Of a DNA stretch of 64,000 bases, positions 40,743-51,887 are shown piece after piece (the first letter of the stretch is position 1; each line of letters opens with the position of its first letter). The notes under the pieces were generated by a model, which was not told where the DNA came from, made no database searches, and saw only the letters and a program-made list of their open reading frames with translations. Source of the stretch: Mobula hypostoma (taxonomy: Eukaryota); contig NC_086097.1 in assembly GCF_963921235.1 (NCBI RefSeq), positions 142,850,001 to 142,914,000 of the forward strand, read 5' to 3'. The translations under genes were made by a program, and so were the position numbers.

Positions 40743-40982
40743 CTGAAATAACAAAAAAGAAGTTAGTCCAGATTAAAAGGATATGATATAATGGTTATAT
40801 TGTTATTTGTGTTTTGTTTCTGATTTATTAGTGGCAGGGAAATCAAACATTTTACAATTTGGATTTCATGTTTGCCTTATTTCATTCAGAGTTCTGCTTT
40901 TCTTTCAATATTTTTATTAGTTTCTACATAAAAGAATACAGAGTACAAAGAAGTATATATAAAAGTAGAAACAAACTGAGTT

Positions 40983-41018
40983 AGTCCTGACGAAGGGTCT
41001 CGGCCTGAAACGTCGACT
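40983..41018 (+). ncRNA. Minimal type I hammerhead ribozyme motif in a Penelope terminal repeat (core intact)
   Basis: AGTC-CTGACGA-AGG gtctcgg CCT-GAAA-CGTC-GACT: stem I AGTC/GACT, CUGAnGA and GAAA cores, stem II AGG/CCT, palindromic ACGT in place of stem III, GUC triplet ending at 41014. Confidence 0.8.
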
Positions 41019-41575
41019 GCGCCTCTTCCTATAGATGCTGCTTGGCCTGCTGCGTTCACCAGCAACTTTGATGTGTGTTGCTTGAATTTCCAGCATCTGC
41101 AGAATTCCTGCTGTTTACCAATTACATTATATCTATTCATAATAACAATCTCATTACCCCATATTCATGTAGGTTAGTCAAAGTAATATTGAAATATACT
41201 AATTTATTACAAAAAAAATCTAACCCCTACCAAGACCGAAGCTGTTTATTAAGGAGAAAAAGAAGTAAAATACCTTCTCGTATAATAAAAATTAATAATA
41301 TCCAACATCTAAATTTAAACAATGAATTAAGGGTTTTGAAAATTTTGAAAATAATTCGGAAAGGGTCCCCACAATGTTTGAAAGTCTTGACGAGATTCAG
41401 AAATTGAACAACGAATCTTCTCTAAATCTAAGCATGACATAACATCGCATAACCATTGAGCATGAGGAGGAGGAGAAACATCTTTCCATTTAAACAAAAG
41501 TGCCCTCCTAGTTATAAGAGAGCTAAAGGCCAAAATATGCAAATCTGATGTCTTCAACTTGATATCTTGTCCAGC

Positions 41576-42747
41576 TGTCAGAGGACGGTGGCTAGGAACA
41601 GACCCAAGTGTAAGACACAGACACTGTACTAGGGACAGGACTAGGATACAGGGGGATGACAAGGACATGGACAGGAAAACTAGGAACCTGGAACAGGACT
41701 GAACAAGAGAGCTAGGAGCCCGGGCTTGGACTCCGAGTCAGAGACTGGACAAGGACCTAGTACCTGGGTCTTGCCTCTGGCTCGGACCCCAGAACTAGGC
41801 AAGGATGAGGCTTGGCAGGCAGGCAGGACGAGGCTGGAGTCTTCAGGCTAGAAGCTAGAGGCTAGAGACTTGGCTTGGCTTGGCAAGAGGCTCGAGGCTA
41901 GAGGCTAGAGTCTACAGGCTCGAGGCTAGGCAAGAGACAAGGCGAGGCTTGGCAGGAGGCTGGAGACTTGAGACTAGAGGTGAGGCTGGAGGCTTGAGGC
42001 GAGGCGAGGCTGGAGGATCGAGGCGAGGCGAGGCTCGAGGCGAGGCTGGAGGCTCGAGTCTTGAGGCGAGGCAAGGCTGGAGGCTGGAGTCTTGAGGCGA
42101 GGCAAGGCTGGAGGCTGGAGTCGTGAGGCGAGGCAAGGCTGGAGGCTGGAGTCTTGAGGCGAGGCAAGGCTGGAGTCTTGAGGCGAGGCGAGGCTGGAGG
42201 CGAGGCAAGGCTGGAGGCTGGAGACTTGAGGCGAGGCTGGAGGCGCGGATCACCACCCGACAGAGGCAAGGGACAGGAAGGGACAGAACCAACTCCAGGT
42301 GACGGCAAGACGGCCTGGTTTACTTGGGTGGAGGCGAGGGACAGGAAGGGAGCTAGGTACAGGGTGGCTCCAGGACCAGGCAGCAAGACAAGGCAAGGCA
42401 AGACAAGAACTTCAGGCAAGGTGAGAGTTACCGGCAAGGCTAGGCAGGGCTTCTGGCAAAGCAAGGCGAGACAGAACTTCAGGCGAGGCGAGAGTTACCG
42501 GCAAGAGAAAGCAGGGCTTCAGGTGAGGAAACAGAAGGCAGAGGAAGGGATCCAAGGAGTAAGGACAAGAACAATCCAGCAATCATGCCCTGATCTCTGG
42601 AGGTATTTATGCAGCCAGCCCCAACTAGCATCAGCTGCCTCAATTAGCTCAACAAGGACAGAAACAGGGTAGATAGGAAAACCTGGAGCAAGGGTCGATG
42701 ACCGGACCGTGAACCGGAATACGGACTTCATGGACCGGACCATGACA
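41576..42747 (-). mobile_element. Solo LTR 1 with internal minisatellite
   Basis: TGTCA...TGACA termini; perfect 5-bp TSD CCAGC (41571-41575, 42748-42752); TATA-like GCATAAATACC on the minus strand near 42602-42612; strand inferred. Confidence 0.85.
41870..42245. repeat. GAGGC-based minisatellite (31-bp unit GAGGCGAGGCAAGGCTGGAGGCTGGAGTCTT)
   Basis: Three near-perfect copies at about 42063-42155 with degenerate copies either side. Confidence 0.9.
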
Positions 42748-43561
42748 CCAGCAACGATACCGAATAGGGCCGTCAGAGGATTAGGTTTAAAATTGACTTT
42801 GAAAAGCACAGAAAAAGTTTGAAAAACTTCCTTCCAATATTTTTCAAGACACGGACAAGTCCAAAACATATGAATTAATGAAGCTTCTCCAATATTGCAT
42901 CTGTTACAGTAGGGAGATATATCCAAATAAAAATGAGTTAGCTTATCTTTAACCATATGGACTATGTACCATCTTAAATTGTATGAAGGAATAGTGAGCA
43001 CATAGCAATGACGTATTAACCAGTTAAAAAATTTCATTGCAAGTTTCCTCAGATATTGATGTCTTTTAACTGCACGGTGCAAGTTGATCTTCCAGAGCAG
43101 GGATCTGTATTCTTTGCATCAAAGATATAGGATGGATAAGGAGAAGATGGACAACTTCCCATTATCATTGTTGATCTTCATTTATCTCTGGACCAAAACT
43201 TCGAAAAACAGATGAGGTGGTCATTTATTCCATTGCTGTTTGTGTTACCTCATGTGCAAAATCATTACCGAATTTATCGACAGTATAAAGAAACACCAAA
43301 ATGTACTAGAAAATAATGAATATGCTTAAAGCTATGGCAGGAAAGATGGCCTAACATTGGATAAATAGTGTGCTATTTTTCCTTTCAGGCAATGGACTGT
43401 TAACACTCTTAGTGGTTCTATCTCATCTGAAGATACCACTATTTACTAATATGCTCATTAAAGTACACAAGTCCTGTTTTGGGTAGCTTGACCACAAATG
43501 TCTGCCCTGGAGATTTACCATCTGGGTAAAAATCAGAATGATGCATTTGATGGTCACTCAC

Positions 43562-43654
43562 TCCTGTCTTTCCTAAACGTTCAGAACCTGCAAGATCCAC
43601 CATGTTGAGTTTTGAGGTCAAGTACTTGACTTCTGAAGCCTCCTTCCATCGGGT
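43562..43654 (-). CDS. kif9: KIF9 exon (switch II): TRWKEASEVKYLTSKLNMVDLAGSERLGKTG
   Basis: TTGCAG|ACC...GGA|GTGAGT, 93 nt, phase 0-0; DLAGSER kinesin motif. Confidence 0.96.
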
Positions 43655-44215
43655 CTGCAAACCAAGAATATTAAGGTATAATTAAGAGGCTTTACTAAAA
43701 ATTTAACTTGTGGAAATAGCAATCAACTGAAAGACAAGAGTTAAGTGCTTGAATAGATGAGGGATGTATTATTCCTTCATCAGCTTTCCTGATTTGCTCA
43801 GTTGCTAGTAACAATCAGTAGATATAGGTCCTCCATAGAATACCCAACTTATTTACATACCAAAGAGCACCTGGGAGACCAGCAGGATGAATTTGCTTAG
43901 TGCCATGGGGCTATAGGAATCTTCTAACAAATGGGAATATGGTTCATCGCAATATCCTAATGGTTGAGTTAAATGTCATGGTTTAACTACACATTGCCCT
44001 TGGTTGATCTTTCTTTTTACTAAAGTACATTTTTGGGTATTTCTGACAGGAATGGAACCTTGTTATAACTTGGAGAGGACATGTATCTCACAACCTCAGT
44101 GAATGTTGCTCAATATTTACTTCTGAGGCACCATAAACCAGTACCTTAATAATATCCCCTATATGAACAAGATATTCAAGTTTTCTGTATATACGCCTTT
44201 TCAACATTCTCAAAG

Positions 44216-45658
44216 TGTCATAAGGGGGCATTGGGAGTGGACCCAAATGCAAGACACAGACACTGAAGTACTAGGAACAGGGCTTGACTAGAGGGCAGGA
44301 ACAAGAACACAGACTTGGGCTAGGACATTGGCTAGGAAAGCGGGACCAGGACAAGGAACTGGGAACTAGGAGCCTGGGCTTAGACTCCAAGCTGGAGACT
44401 GGACAAGGACCCAGAACCTGGGTCTTGACTCGGGCTCGGACCCCGGAACTAGGCGAGGACATGACGTGGCTACAGGACTGGACATGGCTTGGGTTCTTCG
44501 AGGTGAGGACATGACGAGGCTTGGGTTCTTCGAGGCAAGGACATGATGAAGCTTGGGTTCAGACTCTGAGCCAGAGATTGGACAAGGACCCAGAACCTGG
44601 GTCTTGACTCAGGCTCAGACTCCGAAACTAGGCGAAGACATGATGTGGTCTTGGGAGACAGGACTAGGCAAGGCTACAGGACAGAATGAGAGGCCCCTGG
44701 GCAGGATGAGGGAACTCCAGTACAGGACGAGAGAACTCCAGCACAGGACGAAGCACATTGACAGGACGAGGCACATTGACAGGATGAGGCACATGGACAG
44801 GACGAGAACATGAAGCCTTGACTTGGTACTCAGGAACAGCCGAGCCTTGGACTTGGGATGACAGGAACCTCGGAACCTTGGACTCAGGACGACAGGAGTG
44901 CAGAACACAGAGCAATGGTCTTGGGGAGGACAAGAACACAGAGCCTTGGTCTAGAGCATGGGAACATGGAGCCTTGGACTTGAGAGACAGGAACACAGGG
45001 ACATGGAACACAGAGCTGTGACCCCTCCTTGGGAACAGGACTTAGGGCCAGGACTTGTACACGGAACACAGAGCCAGGACACCTCCTTGGGAACAGGACT
45101 TGGGGCTGAGGCCTGACACAGAATACTGAAAATGATGAGATGGTTCCCAACACTAGGTAGCAGCAAACGGCTGGACCTACCTAGCGAAGGCGTGGACACA
45201 GAGACGGTACCCAACACTAGGTAGCGGCAAACTGCCGGACCTACCTAGCGAAAGTGTGGACACAGAGACAGTTCCAACTCAAAGATAGACAGTTCCTTAT
45301 CTTGACACAGCAAAGCTCTGGTGGTAGAACTTGACAAGGTTGCAGGCAGAGCTCCAGGCACAGGCTGCAGGCAGGGCTCCAGACACAGGCCACAGGCAAG
45401 GCTTCAGAAGGAAGGGGAAGGGAAGGGAACAGTCCAGCCTCAGGGTAACGGGAAAGACGGCCTGGCTTATCCCACAGAGGTGCGGACAGGATACTGACGA
45501 GACAAACCAGCACCCACACTTGAACCCAGGCCCAGCCCCAAGATGAGCATCAGGTGCCTATGATTAGGCCCAACTGAAACAAGGGACAGTCGGAAGACCC
45601 GGAGTCCACGGACCAGACCGTGAACCAGAACACGGACTTCACGGACCGGACCATGACA
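44216..45658 (-). mobile_element. Solo LTR 2, same family as solo LTR 1
   Basis: TGTCA...TGACA termini; perfect 5-bp TSD CAAAG (44211-44215, 45659-45663); shares AAGACACAGACACTG near the left end and CGGACTTCA.GGACCGGACCATGACA at the right end with copy 1. Confidence 0.87.
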
Positions 45659-46414
45659 CAAAGGCAGATTGAGAAAACCTCTAAGACTAGGTACATATCC
45701 ATGTCACTTTGTTCCAAAATCTGCTGAACACATAGAGGAGTAGGAATAGTTACAATTGAATTTATTTAATTCAATCAGCTCATCCTGTTTTTGAATAAAA
45801 GCACAAAAAGGTTGAAAATGTTATCCTTCTTCATCCTAAGGGTCATTTTGCTGAGATAAATGAAGTAAATTCTGATGACTATTTGTAAGATTTATGAACA
45901 CCTTCCCCTTACAATTTCCCTTTCAACAATTGAATGACCACCTGGTTCGACTAGTGTTCTCAACCCAGAAGGACTGGTGACACTCAAGGCACATGACATC
46001 CCAATAATAGCATTTTCTTTATTTATCGCTAGGGGAAATTAGGGAAGAGTAATAAATAAGGAAGGTACGTCTTTCTAAACTGCTGGTGAAGGTACCCTCA
46101 GTTTTGAAGGGCAGGGAGCTTTAGTTTTTAGAACAGTTGATTACGAAGGTGGTGATAGATTTGGATGCTTTCCAATTTAGATGGAAAATGGTGGTGTTCC
46201 CAAGTATTTGTTTCCCCTGTATTCCTGACCATACAGGCTTGGAAGCTGTTGTAGCCAAGACAGGAAACTGCAGTGTATTTTGCAGTTGGTAAATTACATA
46301 GCCATGGAGTGCTAGATGAGGAGATAGTGAATGTCTAATGTGACAAGTTCATTGTGAAGCACTGCTGGATACCTAACCACTGGTTTGCTGTAGTTATGTT
46401 GATACTTCATCACA

Positions 46415-46710
46415 CACAGTAGCATAGCAGTCAGCACAAAACACTTTCTTACAGGATTCGATTCCCACCGCTATCTATGAGGAGTATGTACATTCTCCCT
46501 GTGACCATGTAAGTTTCATCCAGGTACTCCTGTTTCCTCCCACAATCCAAAGACATACCGTTAAGGTTAGCGAGTTTTGGGCACGCCACATTGGCGCTAG
46601 AAGCATAGCAACACTTGGAGGCTGCTCAGCACAATTCTTGCTGATTTGTTTTGATGCAAACAACACATTTCATAGTATATTTAAATGTATATGTAACAAA
46701 TAAAGTTAAA
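46415..46710 (+). mobile_element. tRNA-derived SINE (V-SINE/HE1-like)
   Basis: A-box-like TAGCATAGCAG, B-box-like GGATTCGATTCC, conserved-looking core GTTTCCTCCCACAATCCAAAGACAT, AATAAA tail; related copies near 39285-39480 and 33540-33730. Confidence 0.65.
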
Positions 46711-47343
46711 CTCTCAGCGTTTATCCTGGGATGTTTTACTTGGAGGATTGAGTAAAGGCAATATCACTTGGTGTCAAGGGAATATGATTAGATTCTTTTG
46801 TTAGTGGTAGTCATTGCCTGACACATATGGCTTGGATATTTAATGTAGCTTTTCCATCTGTATGTCTTGTGTTGCAGGTATGGTCTGTTTTATATTCTGA
46901 GGAGCTATAGGTTGAATTTAACTTCCTGTGATATTGGTGAACATCCCATTTTTGATTTTGTGATAGAAGAAAGTTCATTGATAAAGATTGTTGGGTTTAG
47001 TTGTGACACATTTACAGCTGTTCAGGTTGGCTAATAACGCTACTGTTTATCTCGCTTGGGAATTTGTGAATTATTATTACTAATGTTAAATAATTGGATC
47101 ATTTCTTAATGCATGCATTACTAAATGACAATAAAAGAGGACTGTGTGTCTTCATAATGTAAAAAAAATAGAAACCTGTTGGAATTCACTCTACTTCACA
47201 TCACACCAGCTTGTGCGTTTATCCTGTTGTTTCATTTGAAGAATTTAAATAAATTTGTTTAGGTGGCTTTTAGGTAATAAGAATCTATGCATGTTGGGAA
47301 ATTAATAAAGGCTGCAGGGCAAAGAGATGGCATCTCAGCTTAC

Positions 47344-47427
47344 CTCAACATATATTGTAAAGATGCAGTGAGATCTGGAAGAGTTCGTATTCATTGAATG
47401 GGATGCAATAATTCTGTTGGTTTCGCC
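47344..47427 (-). CDS. kif9: KIF9 internal exon (motor domain, switch I): GETNRIIASHSMNTNSSRSHCIFTIYVE
   Basis: CAG|GGC...GAG|GTAAG, 84 nt, phase 0-0; kinesin NxxSSRSH motif; closely matches recalled vertebrate KIF9 GETNRIIASHTMNKNSSRSHCIFTIYLE. Confidence 0.95.
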
Positions 47428-47536
47428 CTGTGACACGAAAGAGTTGCAGTCTCAATAAAAACCACAAGGGTCAGAGAGGAATTACAGGGTAAGCAAGTCA
47501 ATAATGCTGCTACAAATATAAGGATACGATACAATA

Positions 47537-49126
47537 CAGTGGATTCTGGTTAATTGGGACACATTGAGACCAGTACATTTTGGCCAAAATAAGCAGCTGC
47601 TCCAATTAGTGAAAGTTTCATGGAAATAGTTAAAAAGGTGTAAGAAAGACATTACTGTTTAACTGAGTAAAAAAAAACTATGTATTTAAATGAAACATAG
47701 AACAAATTAGAGCACTACCAATACTACTACAGTACCATAAAAAAGTGTATTAGTTCTGACGGATATCGACGGAGGAATTCATTCAGTATACACTGTACAT
47801 GAACAATATCAGAGCAGACACCTAGTGCAGAAAATGACTTTGATGATTGCATCCCCCAAATCTCAAAGGTTCAGAGGTCCAATTTAATGTCAGGGAAATG
47901 TATACAATAAACATCCTGAAATGCTTTTTCTTCACAAACATCTACGAAAACAGAGAAGTGCCCCAAAGAATGAATGACAGATAAACCTAAGAACCCCGAA
48001 GTCTCCAGCAGCTCCCCCTCCCGTGCGAAAGCGGCAGCGAGCAACAATCCCCCGTCCCCCCACCGGCAAAAAAAAGCAAGCATCAGCACCATCTCCAAGC
48101 ACTCGAGCGTGAGCAAAGCAATAGCAAAGAAACAGATTTGCAATTACCCCAAAGACTTTGCATTACACCCAGCCTTCGACATACCGCAGATTCTCTCACT
48201 CCCTAATAAGGGAGAAAAAGGTGTCTCCATTTTCCCAGTGAGATGGGGAGACACAACAAACAACTCATTGGTTTATGATGTTAGAAGTCCATTACATCAC
48301 TTTTTTCAAGCTCTGTGCCCGAAGATCGCAAAGATTCTGGGTTTTCAGGTCCACAGCAGATATCCTGACTCCCCAGCGACACACGGGTCTCCTGTTGTGA
48401 CACCAATCCTCGATCCGCCCATTTCCAGAGCCCCGAGATCTTAGGCTTCTGAATTCAAGCTGGACTCTTAGACCGAACCCTTGGCATGCTGAACAACAGC
48501 CAGTCCTGAAACCCTGAGAACGGGTTCCATTCCCGCAAAGAACCAAAGTCATTTTTATTTTCATTATAACATTAATAATTGTCTCTGTCTGGCCTCATCT
48601 CAATAATTTCTCCTTCGGCTCCTCCCATTTCCTTCAAACCAAAGGTGTAGCCATGGGTACTCGCAAGGGTCCCAGCTATGCCTGCCTTTTCATTGCCTAT
48701 GTGATTGTTGATACCTTCAAATTCTTCGTATTTCCTAACTTGCTGAAGTAGCAAAATCTTTTCATTTTCTCCCTGGCTTTTTCTGCCATCTCCAATCCTG
48801 AATGCGTGAAATTCAGGATTGTGTTACTGCTTATTTCTCGCTAACTATTAGTGACAAAAATCATTGCTTTTTGAACAAAAATACATGCAAGTGACACTAT
48901 TTAGAAACTGTTCACTCTAAACACAGTGTAGTGCCTAGAAGTGCATGCGACTGACGCCAGTTAGAAACTACTCAACAGTCTTCTGGCCAAATTAAGTGGC
49001 ATAGTGTCCCAAGTAAATTTAGGGAATCCTGGCTATTTACTCAATTAGTTTTTGTTCTTTAAGAGTTGTCCCAAATAAGCAGCTGCCCAGATTAACCAAT
49101 GGCCCCTAATTAAACATAACCTACGG
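47537..49126 (-). mobile_element. Second copy of the same Tigger-like element, interrupted by two insertions
   Basis: Starts TA|CAGTGGATTCTGGTTAATTGGGAC; colinear with 997-1835 except for inserts at about 47863-48550 and 48573-48700; right TIR decayed. Confidence 0.85.
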
Positions 49127-49581
49127 TATACTGAAACATGACATTTTAATTATTGCACAGCAATACATGCTCCAACCTACAGGCAGTTGATCTTTGATAA
49201 TTTTGCTTATGGAGTCAGCGTTTAGTGAATTATTCTCAGAGTGTGCTAACTAAACTGCCATTTCCGTTGCACTATATTTTAGAAGTTTGATCAATTAATT
49301 TTGCACCGTTACCCACTTCCGCAATTAGTTTCCTGACATATCAGATCCCAAAGAATATGTTTAATTATGGCTACTGAGATATTGAGAAACCCAGTTATGC
49401 CACCGACTGCTGGTCTTACTAGTGCATTTTGCATTAGACTGAAAGTGGTGACACAGCTGGACAGGATGGCAAAGAAGGATTTTGGTACACTGGTCTTCAT
49501 CAGTCAAAGCACTGAGTATAGAAGTTGGGATGTTATGTTGTAATTGTGCAATATATTGTTGAGACTGCATCTAGAATATTG

Positions 49582-51887
49582 ACTAACAGACTGAGCCAGT
49601 TCCCCTCCACCACCACTTTCCTCTGTCTGGCAGAACTGGTCCTCATCTCAATAATTTCTCCTTCTGCTCATCCCATTTCCTTCAACCCAAAGGTGTAGCC
49701 ATGGGTACTCACAGGGGTCCCAACTATGCCTGCCTTTTCATTGCCTATGTGAAACAGTCCATGTTCCAAGCCCACATTAGGATCACTCCCAACTCTTCCT
49801 AAGCTACATCAACAACTGCATTGGTGCTGCTTCCTGCACCCATGCTGAACTCATCGATTTCATCAACTTTTCCTCCAACTTCCACCCTGCGTTCAAATTT
49901 AGATGCACCTCTCTCTACTATTTCTCGATCTCTCTGTCTCCATCTCTGGAGACAGTCTATCTACTAATATCTTTTATAAACCCACTGACTCTCACAGCTA
50001 TCTGGACTATACCTCTTCCCACCCAGTCACTTGTAAAAATGCCATCCCTTTCTCTCAGTTCCTCAGGCTCATTCCAGAACAACTGAGATGTTCCCCTTCA
50101 AAGAAAGGGTCTTCTCTTCCTCCACCACCAACGCTGCCCTTACCCACATCTCTTCCATTTTGCACATATCTGCCCTCATCCCATCCTCCTGCCACCATAC
50201 CAGTGATAGGGTTCCTCTTGTCCTCACCTACCACCCCACTAGACTCAGTGTCCAGCACATAATTCTCCATAACTTCCACCATCTCAAACAGTATCTCAGT
50301 ACCAAGTACATCTTTACTCCCTCCTCATTTTCTACAGGATCGCTCCTTATGTGACTCCCTTGTCCACTCGACCCTCCCTACTGATCTCCCTCTTGGTACA
50401 TATCCTTGCAAACAGAACAAGTACCACACCTGTCCCTACCTCCTCCCTCACTATCACAGTCCTTCCAGGTGGGGCGACACATCACCTGTGAGTCTGATGG
50501 GGTCACCTACTGTGTTCAGTGTTCCCGGTGTGGCCTCATATATAATCAGTGAGATCTGACGAAGATTGGCAGACTGTTTCACCAAGCACCTTCACTCCGT
50601 CCACCAGAAAAAGTGGGATCTCCCGGTGGCCACCCATTTCAATTCTACTTCCCATTCAGATTCTGACATGTCAGACCACTTGCCTCCTCTACTGCCAGGA
50701 TGAGGCCACACTCAGGATGGAGGAGCAACACCTTGTACTCCCTCTGGGTGGCCTCCAACCTGATGGCATGAACATCGATTTCTCAAACTTATGGTAATGC
50801 CCCCCAGCCCACCTCCTTCACCATTCCTCATTTGTGTTTCCCTCTCTCACCTTATCTCCTTACTTGTTCTTCCCCTCTCTCTTTTGCTCCTCCCCCTTCC
50901 CTTTATTCCATGGTCTTCTGTCCTTTCCTATCAGATTCCCTCTTCTCCAGCCCTTTACCTCTTTCACCAAACAATTTCCCAGCTCTTTACTTCACCCCTC
51001 CCCCTATCCTAGGAGGAGGAGAAGATGGCAACGTGACACAGTGCGCAGCGGCCACTCCGGTGAATGATATCTGTAATCTGTCAAGTAGGGTGCCGTGCAC
51101 AATCCTGATTTGATGGAGCCAGACGTGAGATCACGGAGGAACGTCAGGAGAAACTTCTGAAATGCCTTCTTCGCTGCTACTGCTACTGTGTGATCCAGAA
51201 TCTCCAGAGGAGAAGGCTCCAAGTCGTCGGGGCCAGGGTCGAAGCGCTCAGCAGAGATGGTGCTTGGTGCTCGGCGTCAGAGGGCTGGTCAGAGGCTCGA
51301 AGTTTTAGGATGGACTCAGAGTCGGCTGTGGTCGGGTGCTTCCAATGCATCGGCAGTTGTCGGCGCCTGGAGGTTTATGGCAGGGAGAGTTTCTCCCTTT
51401 TGCTGCCTGCTATCGGGACTATCGGGAGTCGATCGGAACTTTGAGATTTTTTTTTACCACATTCATGGTCTGCTCTTTATCAAATTACGGTATTGCTTTG
51501 CACTGTTTGTAACTATATGTTATAATTATGCGGTCTTGTCAGTGTTAGTCTTTGGTTTGTCCTTTTTTTTGTGATATCACTCTGGAGGAACATTGTATCA
51601 TTTCTTAATGCATGCATTTCTAAATGACAATAAACGAGGACTGAGTGTCCTTATAATCTAACCTAATCCTGGTTTCACCTATAAACTGCCACCTTGTACT
51701 TCTTCCTCCACATGCCCCACCTTCCTTCTCTGACCTCCCCCTCCTTTCCAGTCCTGAAGATGAGTCTTGGCCCAAAACCTCAGCTGTTTACTTTTTTCCA
51801 TAGATGCTGCCTGACCTGCTGAGTTCCTCTAACATTTTGTGTATATTACTTCGGATTTCCAGCATCTGGAGATCTTCTTGTGTCTGC
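49582..51887 (+). mobile_element. Penelope-like retroelement (decayed RT plus GIY-YIG endonuclease plus terminal repeat)
   Basis: GVAMGT..GPNYACLF, FLDLSVSI, YKPTDSHSYLDYTSSHP..CKNAIPFSQFLRL, TCES.GVTYCVQCSRCGLIY; TSD AATATTG at 49575-49581 and 51888-51894 inside a CR1 fragment. Confidence 0.9.
51011..51670 (+). mobile_element. Non-autonomous LINE-derived element nested in the Penelope copy
   Basis: Starts near AAGATGGC, CpG-rich body, ends AATAAA...(AATCT)n; Penelope 3' sequence resumes after it; a short tail of the same family lies at 47090-47165. Confidence 0.7.

Larger units (their letters stand above)
40890..43075 (-). mobile_element. L1/Tx1-clade LINE 3' end split by a solo LTR and a Penelope terminal repeat
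   Basis: CNRCNIGEASLIHMFWTCP...LTALFGIVAG (42750-43075) rejoins AGQDIKLKTSDLHILAFSSLITRRALLFKWK (41330-41575) once the LTR is removed. Confidence 0.88.

Noticed and set aside
41880..42672. Long overlapping ORFs (126-188 aa) on both strands
   Set aside because: Low-complexity translations of the GAGGC minisatellite inside a solo LTR; no recognisable domain
44271..45661. Spaced repeats and many ORFs superficially like a CRISPR array or operon
   Set aside because: Eukaryotic intron, irregular tandem duplications within a TSD-flanked LTR, no constant repeat with unique spacers and no cas genes
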